This document shows, in pieces, positions 51,850 to 61,285 of a stretch of DNA of 64,000 nucleotides (position 1 is the first letter of the stretch; each line of letters begins with the position of its first letter). Position numbers and translations under genes: made by a program. The stretch is from assembly GCA_037444125.1 (NCBI GenBank), contig JBBINA010000002.1, positions 6,272 to 70,271 on the forward strand. The letters are read 5' to 3'. The DNA comes from a bacterium (GTDB lineage Bacteria; Patescibacteriota; Minisyncoccia; JBBINA01). Below the pieces are notes generated by a model that had not been told where the DNA came from, searched no databases, and saw only the letters and a program-made list of their open reading frames with translations.

Positions 51850-53316
51850 TCAAAATCTAATCAATTTATAAATTTCATTAATCGAGCCTGCTCCTATAGT
51901 TAAAACAACACATTTTTCTTTATATTTTTTCCTGATAAAACTAGCTGCCTGGTTATAGTCCATAAAATTTTGAGCTTTAACTAAACGGCTAGCTAACCCT
52001 TTTACCAATGCCTCTGAACTAATCATTTTTTTTAAAACTGAGTCTTCTCTACCACTTACTTCAAAAATGGGCAAAATTCCAACAAAATCAGCTTTCGAAA
52101 GACTATCCACCAACATATCCTTCAGATAATATGTGCGCTGAATTTGATGGGGCTCAAAAATAACATACACTGGCCTTCCCCTAAACATTGTCCGGCTAGA
52201 CTCAATCGCCGCTGTAATTTTTTGAGGATTATGAGCATAATCATCAATCAAAACAAAACCACTCTGCTCATTTATATATTTTAACTCTAATCTCCTATGG
52301 GCTCCTGAGTAACTCCTAAATACTTTAAATATCGTTTTATCATCTATTCCATAACTTTTAGCCAAATAGTAACTGGCTAAATAATCTTCTAAAATTATAT
52401 TTCCCTTAATCTGACGGTTTGCATCAATTAATTTAACTAATGACTGCCCCCGGTAAAACTTGATTGTCTTAATTTTCTTAGCCTTAATAAATTTTAATAA
52501 AGAACGCTTCCGCAATAATCTCTGCACATTAAAATTATCATAATTCACCACTAATGTTCCTGAGTGCGGCAATTTCATTATAAAATCTCTAAATAAGTTT
52601 ATGATTTCATCGATATTTTTGAAACAATCCGGGTGATCATAATCCAAATTAGTAATACAAATAGCCTCGGGTTTATAATTTAAAAAGTCTCCTTGCCACT
52701 CGTCAGACTCAAGAACAAAATAACCATTTTCATTCTTTTTATCATAATATAAATTAAGACCATTGAATTCTTTTAAAGCCGTACCAACAAATGAAAGTTC
52801 TAATAAACCAGCTTCTTTAAAAATTAAAGATGTTAAAGCTGTTGTGGTGCCTTTTCCGTGGGTACCGGCAATACATATTGTGCGAAAATATTCAGTAAAT
52901 ATTCCTAAAACCTGCGGCGCAGATAAAACAGGAATATCAAGATAGCGCGCACTAACCATTTCAGGGTTATCGTAACCTATTGCTAAACTATGAATCACAA
53001 GCTGAACATTCCTATCGATATGCTCCCTCTTATGTTTACCTAAATAAATTTTTATTTTTAAATCTTTTTTTAAACGCCTTGTAAAATAGTTCTCAACCAA
53101 ATTTGATCCACTCACCTCAGCTTTAAGATAATGTTTAAAAAAATAAGCTAGATACGACACCTTAGATCCGCCAATACCAATAAAATGAACGCGCTTTATA
53201 TTTTTGAAACCTTCTTCTATGGATTTTGTTTTTTTATATATAACCATGGAAAAAATATTACTGCTTTTATAATACGAGAAAGCCGCTTTGGCTCGAAAAA
53301 AAACCTCCATAACCAC
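51850..53316 (-). CDS. murC: UDP-N-acetylmuramate-L-alanine ligase (true start probably a little downstream)
   Basis: HFIGIGG, GTHGKGTTT, DYDHPD, DDYAHNP. Confidence 0.9.
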   Translation of the reverse strand: MVMEVFFRAKAAFSYYKSSNIFSMVIYKKTKSIEEGFKNIKRVHFIGIGGSKVSYLAYFFKHYLKAEVSGSNLVENYFTRRLKKDLKIKIYLGKHKREHIDRNVQLVIHSLAIGYDNPEMVSARYLDIPVLSAPQVLGIFTEYFRTICIAGTHGKGTTTALTSLIFKEAGLLELSFVGTALKEFNGLNLYYDKKNENGYFVLESDEWQGDFLNYKPEAICITNLDYDHPDCFKNIDEIINLFRDFIMKLPHSGTLVVNYDNFNVQRLLRKRSLLKFIKAKKIKTIKFYRGQSLVKLIDANRQIKGNIILEDYLASYYLAKSYGIDDKTIFKVFRSYSGAHRRLELKYINEQSGFVLIDDYAHNPQKITAAIESSRTMFRGRPVYVIFEPHQIQRTYYLKDMLVDSLSKADFVGILPIFEVSGREDSVLKKMISSEALVKGLASRLVKAQNFMDYNQAASFIRKKYKEKCVVLTIGAGSINEIYKLIRF

Positions 53317-54047
53317 TCTATACCAAGATTTTGAAGAATAATTGGTGCCCTTGGGATTTTGCCGCCAATATAATCAAAAGTGCCTCCCACTCCCATAGCA
53401 AACTTCAAAGTCTTAACTTTACTTAAAACATAATTAGCAAAATACTCCTGTTTTGGATGACCCAAACCGATAAAAATTATATCGGGCTTAAGACTATTTA
53501 ATTGAGCTAAAAAAAAAGGCTCTTGAAAAATCTTAATCTGCTTCTTTTTTAATACAACCTTAATCTTATCATCATAGCCTACTATATGCAAATTTTTATT
53601 CAGCTTTAATAAATATTTTTCCGCCCCCTCAAGGACGCTTAACTTGCCTCCTAAAAAAAAAATTTTGTATTGATTAATCCTTTTATCGCTCAAAAGTTTA
53701 ACAAAAAAATCAGCGCCTGCCAATCTTTTGCGCGCAAAGCTAAAAACATTTCTAGCCACAAAAATATAAAACCTAATTTGATTTAAAACATTATTTAAAA
53801 AACAAAATCTAATTATCTGCTTTTTATTAAAATAATATGCTCCAACTAAACCTATACCATCAACAAAATTGCTTTTTGATTTTTGTAGAATCTTCCTATA
53901 CTTGGCATCTTTAATTGACTCAAGCAGAATTTCGGGATTTGCGCTAACAAAATAAAATTTCTCGCCGCGGTTAATATGATCAAAAAACCGCCCAAGAAGC
54001 TCTTGAAAACTCAAAATTTCCACAGGAACACTAAAAATTTTTTGCAA
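53217..54047 (-). CDS. WecG/TagA/CpsF glycosyltransferase
   Basis: ANPE, DGIG, GLGHPKQE, GVGGTFD, EWLWR. Confidence 0.92.
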   Translation of the reverse strand: MQKIFSVPVEILSFQELLGRFFDHINRGEKFYFVSANPEILLESIKDAKYRKILQKSKSNFVDGIGLVGAYYFNKKQIIRFCFLNNVLNQIRFYIFVARNVFSFARKRLAGADFFVKLLSDKRINQYKIFFLGGKLSVLEGAEKYLLKLNKNLHIVGYDDKIKVVLKKKQIKIFQEPFFLAQLNSLKPDIIFIGLGHPKQEYFANYVLSKVKTLKFAMGVGGTFDYIGGKIPRAPIILQNLGIEWLWRFFFEPKRLSRIIKAVIFFPWLYIKKQNP

Positions 54048-54115
54048 ATTAAATCTTTAAATTTTAAAAATATAAAACTAATGAATGCGTAAATATTTTA
54101 AAACATCAGTAATAT

Positions 54116-54655
54116 TCAAGCAACTTTTCGATATTCAGAGCCGCTTTTTTTCAGAATACTTTCGTATATATGGATTCCTTGGATGTATGTCGTATAATTT
54201 AGTCCGGTCATTATTGGTATATTAAAATCCCATTTTTGGCCTCCCCTCAACCTAGCAATAGTTATATGTAATAAAAAGGGTCTTTCCTCAAGAAATTTTC
54301 GCAAAATCTGAGATTGATATATCTTAAAATCGATAGTCTTTTTATATTCCTGAAGGTCTTTTGACTCGCCTTCAATCCAAAGAAGTCTTGGATTTGAAGC
54401 AATTGGCCCGGGCTTAATGACTTGAAGTCTCAAGGTCATTAACTTCATTCCAAAATCATTAAGACTTTCTTGCTTAATTTGTCTTATAGCTATCAGTTCC
54501 TCCGCGCTAACTTCACCAAAAAACATTAAGGTAATATGCAAATTCTCTGCTGGCACTAGCCTTAAACAATCAAAACTTGCATATTTTTTCTGCCAGTTTT
54601 TTATCGTTACTATAGTATCAGACGGAAAATCCGCAGCTAAAAAAATTCTCGCCAT
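54116..54655 (-). CDS. thpR: RNA 2',3'-cyclic phosphodiesterase (2H family)
   Basis: RIFLA; two HxT motifs (HITL, HITI). Confidence 0.9.
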   Translation of the reverse strand: MARIFLAADFPSDTIVTIKNWQKKYASFDCLRLVPAENLHITLMFFGEVSAEELIAIRQIKQESLNDFGMKLMTLRLQVIKPGPIASNPRLLWIEGESKDLQEYKKTIDFKIYQSQILRKFLEERPFLLHITIARLRGGQKWDFNIPIMTGLNYTTYIQGIHIYESILKKSGSEYRKVA

Positions 54656-54727
54656 TTTTTATTAAACTTTTAAACTTTATTTTTACCAATAAGTTAGTTA
54701 ACAATTCAAGCTATATTCGAGATGTTT

Positions 54728-57700
54728 TTATCCTCCTCCTTCTGCATTGCTATTTTTTAATTCCTGTAGGTTCTCTTCTGTTTCTTGCATCTCTTCGTTC
54801 GCGCTTGTGTTTTGCGAATTTGTATTTTGCTCATTATAAGAATCTTGAACACTGTTATCAATTTGCTCATTATTTGTGTTTGGCAAATTTGTATTCTGAT
54901 TATTAACTATTGTTTCTTCGTTTTTATCATCTTGGCTTTGATAATTAGAGTTTCCCTCACTCTCTTGCGAAGACAAGTTTTCTGATGAATATCCATTTAA
55001 ATCCGAAGAACTTGTACCTTTAGGATAGATACCCGATTTTTCAAGCAACTGCCTAAGCTCCTCTTTTGTTATGCAAATATCCTCAAGACAAATTTTTTGA
55101 GCTTCAATTTCCTTAGCAGAAAGCCTTTCAAAAAGCCAATTGCCTGCAGTTTTGATTGTGCCCGTAAGTTGCGAAATAGCATCCTTAAGATAGGTTAAAA
55201 GCAGTGTCAAAAATGATTGATTATTAACTTGTAAGTTAACTTCTACCCCATCTTGAATTAGATTGCCGTTTTGGCTGATAGCCAGTTTCAAGCCTTCAAT
55301 TTGTTTTGAAAGTTCTTGGATGGCGTTAACTAAAAATGGAGTAAAGCCGATATAATTTAAACTTTTTGAACCATCAGATGCAGTTAAAACAAGTTCAGGA
55401 ATTATCTCTTCTACTTCTTGAGCTCCAAAGCCAAAACGCAAAGCATTATCAGTTTGGTTTTTCCAACGATAGATAATTGGATTTAAAGCCATAATTTTTT
55501 CCAAAGAACCTGAAAGAGAACCAATTACCTCCTTTGCTCTAATATCAGAGGAACAAATTAAAGCGGTATTAGTTGGATTAATAGTGCAGGTGCCATTTGC
55601 GTCAGTAAAACCAGCTACATCGCCATCAGTACTGCGAGAAACATGCAAAAGATAGCCAGGGGCGGTCGTCCCGATGCCGACATTACCACCAAGTGGTGCC
55701 AATAATAAATTAGTGCCTTGCTCTGGTATGATTTTAAACCCTCCAGTTCCAAGTTGTATATATCCATATCTGGTAAAAGGTCCTCCAGCTGTTGTTTGCT
55801 TCTCAAAGTTTATATACAAATCTTCATTGTTTGAAGCAGTATAACTTTTCCTAAATGTAGCCAATGTTCCCCATTCAGAAACTCTATTGAAAAGGGCATG
55901 ATCAATTACTTCCAAATGCGCCCCCGGGCTCGTCGTCCCGATGCCCAATCTCTTATTCGTATTATCCCAGAATAAATTAGTATTATCTTGAGAAATTGCG
56001 CCTCCTGAACCAGCAAATAAAATTGAACCAATAGTTAATCCTGAAAGATTAAGACCAGAAAAAGTAGGAGAAGCTCCAGTATGAATATCTTGGGGCAAAG
56101 ACAAAGTGACATTTCCGCCAATTACTCTGCCAGTCCCATTGGTGACTGTTATTTGATTGGCTGTACCTAAAATATCTGAAAGAGCAGTCACTCCTGTGCC
56201 GCCATAATTTATTGAAATTGTATTTCCTTGCCAAGTTCCAGAATTAACTATTCCTAAACTAGAAGTTCCAACTATGTTGATAGACTGAGCGTTAAGAACT
56301 CCATTAATAGTAGTAGTTGCTAAGGAAACTTGTCCGCCTGACTGAACTAAAGGACCCGAAAAAGTAGAAGTTGCGCTTCCTACAACAGTCAAAGCACCTT
56401 GAGTTATAATATCTCCGTTCGCATTAACCCTAAACTTCTCTAAATTATTAACAGATAAGCCAAGCAAAGAAAAAGTTGAATCTGCGCTTGTTGGATTTAT
56501 GTATAAAGATGACTCATTTATATTACTAGATGTCGGCTGGTAAGTAATGATTTGTTGTCCGTTTGTGGACAAACTATTTACTGATAAATTTTGAGCATAA
56601 ACTGTATTCCATTTATTTGTATCAGATCCTAAGTTATAAACATTATTAGCTGCCGGAATAAAAGAACCGCCTAATGTTAATACATTATTATCAGGAGAAA
56701 TACTGCTTAATGAATTGATATTTTTACCTGATAAAATCATTTCACCGACTCTTATTTTTGCAGGTATAAGCGAATCATCTTCAAAAGCATTCTTAACGCC
56801 TCCTATGTAACCTAAAACATTTGCAGCTGAAGAAACTGCTACCGGCGCAGATTGATAACCGAATATTGGCAGTGGTATCAATCTATTTCTTTCCTGAAAT
56901 TTTTCAACAAGAGTTTTTAATTGTAAAAGGTCATAGCTTAACTTTTGAAAATGTTCCTTAATATCAAGTAGTTCCTGAAAAATAGACTGGTCTGACGTTT
57001 TATTTAGGCTTAGTACTTTAAGTTCCAAATTTGAAATTCTTTTATTAATGTCACCGATAGAAGAAAAATCACTAATCTTACCACTGTAAAATAAACTATT
57101 TTTATTTGGTTTTGGAGTTTCTTGCCCAATAGTGCCACTAAAATTATTGACCTTTGCTTCAAGAGACAAAAGCTTCTCTTGAAGTTTACCAAGTTCTTGA
57201 CGATTTTCATTTAGATTTTGGCTAACAATTTTTATTAGATTTAATGGGAAATCTAAGCTTAAGGGTGTTTTTATTTGTTGAGAATTTATAAAGTCCGCTA
57301 ACCTGAAAAAGCTTTTAATATTAGAAAGCGCTTTTTGAGAAAAAATTTCTTCTTTATTTATAGCTACTCTTGATTGAACATTTTCTAAAATTTCTTTTAC
57401 TATAGGCCTTACATTGTTTACAAAATTGACTATCAATGTGCTTATATTTTCGTTCAAAATTTCACCAAATTCATTGATATTAATTGGTCTCGTAATGCTT
57501 AAACCGATATTTAACAAATCATTTACTTTGACTACATATCCAGTAGCAAGTCTATCTGTTAAATTAACTGCCTTGCTGAAAATTTTTTCAACCTCTGAAA
57601 ATAATCTGCTAGGCTTTGAAAAATCTGAAAAATAAGCTAAAGTTTCTAATGGTTTAGAATAAAAAAAGGAGAGAACAGATATAACAGCAAAAATACTCCA

Positions 57701-57973
57701 AACAATTTTTAAAATAGGCAAAGAAAGGTCTCTTTGCCAAAAATTTTGCCTAAAAGCAGGAAAAGCGGAAGAAGAAAAATTAATATATTCTCTTACCCAT
57801 TCTTCGGTAGTAAAATAAAAATTGCCTATCTTTACTCCTTTAAGTTTTTTCAATCGAATTAACAGCAATAAATGCTGCCTGGAATAATTAAAAATCTTCG
57901 CAGCTTGCGCTATGGAAATAAATTTTTGGGCTGTTTGGTATATTTTTTGATTTAACTCGCGATCTTTCCCCAT
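54728..57973 (-). CDS. membrane-anchored fibre-like protein: N-terminal HTH, TM, coiled coil, GIGT repeats, S74 intramolecular chaperone
   Basis: ISIAQAAKIFNYSRQHL HTH; TM near aa 88-105; LGIGTTSP and VGIGTTAP; SSDIRAK...GFGAQEV...PELV; acidic N/Q tail. Confidence 0.8.
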   Translation of the reverse strand: MGKDRELNQKIYQTAQKFISIAQAAKIFNYSRQHLLLLIRLKKLKGVKIGNFYFTTEEWVREYINFSSSAFPAFRQNFWQRDLSLPILKIVWSIFAVISVLSFFYSKPLETLAYFSDFSKPSRLFSEVEKIFSKAVNLTDRLATGYVVKVNDLLNIGLSITRPININEFGEILNENISTLIVNFVNNVRPIVKEILENVQSRVAINKEEIFSQKALSNIKSFFRLADFINSQQIKTPLSLDFPLNLIKIVSQNLNENRQELGKLQEKLLSLEAKVNNFSGTIGQETPKPNKNSLFYSGKISDFSSIGDINKRISNLELKVLSLNKTSDQSIFQELLDIKEHFQKLSYDLLQLKTLVEKFQERNRLIPLPIFGYQSAPVAVSSAANVLGYIGGVKNAFEDDSLIPAKIRVGEMILSGKNINSLSSISPDNNVLTLGGSFIPAANNVYNLGSDTNKWNTVYAQNLSVNSLSTNGQQIITYQPTSSNINESSLYINPTSADSTFSLLGLSVNNLEKFRVNANGDIITQGALTVVGSATSTFSGPLVQSGGQVSLATTTINGVLNAQSINIVGTSSLGIVNSGTWQGNTISINYGGTGVTALSDILGTANQITVTNGTGRVIGGNVTLSLPQDIHTGASPTFSGLNLSGLTIGSILFAGSGGAISQDNTNLFWDNTNKRLGIGTTSPGAHLEVIDHALFNRVSEWGTLATFRKSYTASNNEDLYINFEKQTTAGGPFTRYGYIQLGTGGFKIIPEQGTNLLLAPLGGNVGIGTTAPGYLLHVSRSTDGDVAGFTDANGTCTINPTNTALICSSDIRAKEVIGSLSGSLEKIMALNPIIYRWKNQTDNALRFGFGAQEVEEIIPELVLTASDGSKSLNYIGFTPFLVNAIQELSKQIEGLKLAISQNGNLIQDGVEVNLQVNNQSFLTLLLTYLKDAISQLTGTIKTAGNWLFERLSAKEIEAQKICLEDICITKEELRQLLEKSGIYPKGTSSSDLNGYSSENLSSQESEGNSNYQSQDDKNEETIVNNQNTNLPNTNNEQIDNSVQDSYNEQNTNSQNTSANEEMQETEENLQELKNSNAEGGG
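55665..55945 (-). repeat. two identical GC-rich 14-mers GGCATCGGGACGAC (55665-55678, 55932-55945)
   Basis: Read directly; 267 nt (89 codons) apart and in frame. Confidence 0.9.
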
Positions 57974-58054
57974 TCAAAATCGCGGTCCACAGGCAATATT
58001 ACATTCTTAATATTATAATTTTAAAAAAAAGCATGTCAATAAGTAAATTTAAAC

Positions 58055-60161
58055 AATATTTTAAAACTAATTTAGAATATAATTAAGGTATCAAATTTTT
58101 ATTTAACTCTTATAATCAGTGATTTACTTATTTTTCCGCCAAGACCGCCAAGACCTGAACATGTTAATCGATATGTTGTTTTTTTTGAAGGAGAAACCAT
58201 TTCTGACCCTGAAGGGGGCTTTGTTCCTGACCAACCTTTTGAAGCTTTACAAGAAATGGCATTGGTTGATGACCAAGAAAGAATTGAAGATTCTCCTTTT
58301 TTAATAGTAGTTGGATTAGCGTTAAAAGTAAGAGTGGGTTTCTCTGCTTTTTTTATAATTCTAATTTGGAAAGAATTTAACCATTCTGATTCTGCATTGT
58401 GAGGGTCGATAACTTTTGCTGTTATGAAAAATGTGCCTGTCTTTTTATATTTCTTTTTTTGTAAAAGCTCCTGGCCTTCTCCATTAATCTTAGCTCCAGA
58501 AGTGACTATACTTCCATCACCCCAATCAATAGTTAATTTAAGACTTTTGTCATTATAATCAAATGCTTTAAAATAAAATTCAAGGTTTTTATTAACTTCG
58601 CCGATGCTTGGACCTCTGATAGATATTATTTGAGGAGGAATATTAATTTTAGGTAATTTAGGTCCAAATCTGGCAGTAAGAACCTTGAGAAAATGATTTT
58701 TCCCAACAGGACCAAAATCTGCTACACTCAAATTCCGCATAAGGGAGTACTCTACACTCTTGTACCAATCACTGGCAGTACAACCAGCATAGCAACTAGT
58801 ACCGCTAATCCCTTCCCATTTAGTACAATTACTAACATCACAATTTGGGCTAGTTGATATGTCTCTCCATAAGAAATCCTTGGAAGTACACTCCCTGTTA
58901 TTGCAATTATTATATACATATTCATCCCAAAGACCACCAATAGAATGACCTGCCTCGTGAGCAAAAATATAAGGGTAATCACCGGTATAGATTGGTCCGG
59001 TATTAAACCAGGCCAGTCCTTGTACATTATTATTTTTCATTACAACAACAAGATCAGTAGGACAAACACTAATTAGGTGGGAATAATTAAAACAATTCAT
59101 TATTTTGTTTATTGATGACCCAATGCAATCTGCCTCAAAAGAACTAACATAGTGGACATTAAAACCAGTCCAATATTGATCCAATGGATTTAGCTTGAAG
59201 AATCTTAAGGTTTCTCTGAGAATATCCCAGACAAATTCTGATTCTCCAGCAGTGTTATAATCTTTATCACCAATAAAAGTTATATCATAATTATTAGTGG
59301 GTGGTCCATTATTCAATAAAGTCTTACACTGAGCATTAGCAGCTGCCTTAGCAGAAGAAACGGCAAAAGAAGAGAGATTTTTTGTATTTGTTTTTAAGCT
59401 CTGAGGGGGCCAAAGGGTAGTTTCAAAAAATGGTTTTTGAAGATTGTCTTTTGAATAAATCTGGATTTTCTCACTTTCCTTACTATAAGGGATAGTAATG
59501 TAAAACTCAGTTTTTTCAGGAAAATCTATATTGCCAGAAATATCTCCTTCCTCAAATACTTCAGTAATAATAGCTTCTGAAATATTGAAAGAAGAAGTAT
59601 AAATGATATCTCCTTGCTTGTTAAAAACTTTGAGAATATAGTTATCCTCTGGAAAAATAGGCTGCTCCTGAATATAACCTTTTGAAAATTCAATGTTTTT
59701 AAGAGTAAAAGTTCCGGTTTTATTATCTTTTTCCAAACTAAGTAAATAAATATCCTGGTCAGGTAGATAGATGTTTTGAGTTTTTATTCCCTCTTTTACC
59801 TCTTTAATCTGAGGATTTAGCTCGCTGGAAGTAATTTCAGTCAATTTTTCTAAATAGAAAGTTAAATAGAAATAGATTAATAAACTCAAGATTAAAAAAA
59901 GAAGAATTATTATACCAATGGAAGAAATTAATGACTTTTGTTTTTGGTTCATTATTTTGTGTAAGAGATGATACATTCTTAGATTTAATAATATTAAAAT
60001 AAAAATTTCATGTCAATTCTATTCTAATTTATAATTCTAATCTATATTCAATATTCATGTTATTATTTCAATATGTCTATATTCAATTGTCTATGCATAA
60101 ACAATTTCCTAGAATATAGAATATTTTAAAACTAATTTAGAATATAATTTAAGGTATCAAA
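58055..60161. repeat. 41/42-bp direct repeat flanking the peptidase gene (58055-58095, 60120-60161)
   Basis: AATATTTTAAAACTAATTTAGAATATAATT(T)AAGGTATCAAA, one T indel between copies. Confidence 0.88.
58099..59976 (-). CDS. membrane-anchored M64 (IgA peptidase)-like metallopeptidase with PKD/Ig domains
   Basis: NGPPTNNYDITFIGD, HEAGHSIGGLWDEY, SLMR, IDWGDG. Confidence 0.78.
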   Translation of the reverse strand: MYHLLHKIMNQKQKSLISSIGIIILLFLILSLLIYFYLTFYLEKLTEITSSELNPQIKEVKEGIKTQNIYLPDQDIYLLSLEKDNKTGTFTLKNIEFSKGYIQEQPIFPEDNYILKVFNKQGDIIYTSSFNISEAIITEVFEEGDISGNIDFPEKTEFYITIPYSKESEKIQIYSKDNLQKPFFETTLWPPQSLKTNTKNLSSFAVSSAKAAANAQCKTLLNNGPPTNNYDITFIGDKDYNTAGESEFVWDILRETLRFFKLNPLDQYWTGFNVHYVSSFEADCIGSSINKIMNCFNYSHLISVCPTDLVVVMKNNNVQGLAWFNTGPIYTGDYPYIFAHEAGHSIGGLWDEYVYNNCNNRECTSKDFLWRDISTSPNCDVSNCTKWEGISGTSCYAGCTASDWYKSVEYSLMRNLSVADFGPVGKNHFLKVLTARFGPKLPKINIPPQIISIRGPSIGEVNKNLEFYFKAFDYNDKSLKLTIDWGDGSIVTSGAKINGEGQELLQKKKYKKTGTFFITAKVIDPHNAESEWLNSFQIRIIKKAEKPTLTFNANPTTIKKGESSILSWSSTNAISCKASKGWSGTKPPSGSEMVSPSKKTTYRLTCSGLGGLGGKISKSLIIRVK

Positions 60162-61268
60162 AGCAACGCTACGCCAATCATTGAATCGTTTAAGATTATA
60201 AACACCTGATTTAATTAATTTTCTTCTTACAGTTTTGTTTTCTAAAATTATCTTTAATTTAGTTTTAATATCTTCACAATTATAAGGATCAGCTGTCAAA
60301 ACTCCTTTACCAGCTATCTCTGATGAAGCGCCATTTTTTGAAACTAAAATGGGAATCCTTAGACTTTGCATCTCAAGTACCGGCATACCAAATCCTTCGT
60401 AACAAGAAACAAAATAAAAAACACCAGTTTGACTCAATATTTTGTTTTTTTCTTTATCGTTAATATACCTATCAATAAATCTTATCTGCTTTGAATTTTT
60501 TACAATAAAATCTTTAATTTTATTATAACCATATCCATTTGTGCCGCCGATAAAAATTTTATACTTAGCCAAAACTGGCTTCTCTTTAATTATCAAATTA
60601 AAAGATTTAATCAAGTTTGTTAAATTCTTTTTATATTCGATCCTGCCAATAAAAGTAATGTATTTTTTGTCTTTCTTCTGCCATTCTTTAAAACTATGTT
60701 TTGTCTTTTCTATACCATGATATATTACTTTTATCTTATCGCTTTCTACCTTATACAAATTTATAAGATCACTCTTAGTCGTTTCTGAAACAGCTATGAT
60801 TTTAGTTGCCTTTTTAACTGAAAATTTAGTAACTAAGCGTAAATACCATCTATGGAAAAAAGAATAACAAAAAGGGGCCTTTTCGTATTCCAAGCCGTGA
60901 ATAGTCACAACTCGTTCCTTTGGCAGTATAAGCGGAAAATTATGCGCCGGGCAAAATAAAATTATCCGACTATATTTTCTCTTAAAATAATTCAGTAGCA
61001 AGGTTTTTACTATCTCAAAAGATAAGCCAAAAATCGTCCAAAATCTTTGGCACCTTATATTTTTAAAAATTAATCCTTGCCTAGAAGTAAATTCTCCGTC
61101 TATATATACTACAACATCAACTAAGGCGGCAAACTTACTTTTTTCTCTATTTTCAAAAATATCAATTAGCTGGCTAACCAATTCAAAAACATATCTCTCA
61201 ACACCGGTTTTTTCTTTATATAAAAAAGACTTGGCATGAATTAATAATAATGTTTTTGGCTGCTTCAT
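60132..61268 (-). CDS. GT4-family glycosyltransferase
   Basis: TGVERY, VTIHGL, YEGFGMPVLE. Confidence 0.9.
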   Translation of the reverse strand: MKQPKTLLLIHAKSFLYKEKTGVERYVFELVSQLIDIFENREKSKFAALVDVVVYIDGEFTSRQGLIFKNIRCQRFWTIFGLSFEIVKTLLLNYFKRKYSRIILFCPAHNFPLILPKERVVTIHGLEYEKAPFCYSFFHRWYLRLVTKFSVKKATKIIAVSETTKSDLINLYKVESDKIKVIYHGIEKTKHSFKEWQKKDKKYITFIGRIEYKKNLTNLIKSFNLIIKEKPVLAKYKIFIGGTNGYGYNKIKDFIVKNSKQIRFIDRYINDKEKNKILSQTGVFYFVSCYEGFGMPVLEMQSLRIPILVSKNGASSEIAGKGVLTADPYNCEDIKTKLKIILENKTVRRKLIKSGVYNLKRFNDWRSVAFDTLNYILN

Positions 61269-61285
61269 TTTGTTATTTTGTTTTT

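Noticed and set aside
54728-57973. Prophage
   Set aside because: Only a fibre/S74 domain is present; flanks are cellular genes and the protein has a TM anchor.
17518-59027. Many 60-116 aa ORFs nested in or antisense to long genes
   Set aside because: Shadow ORFs with no recognisable motifs.
60017-60120. Short TCTATATTCAAT-type repeats
   Set aside because: Low-complexity AT sequence without regular spacing; not a CRISPR or iteron array.
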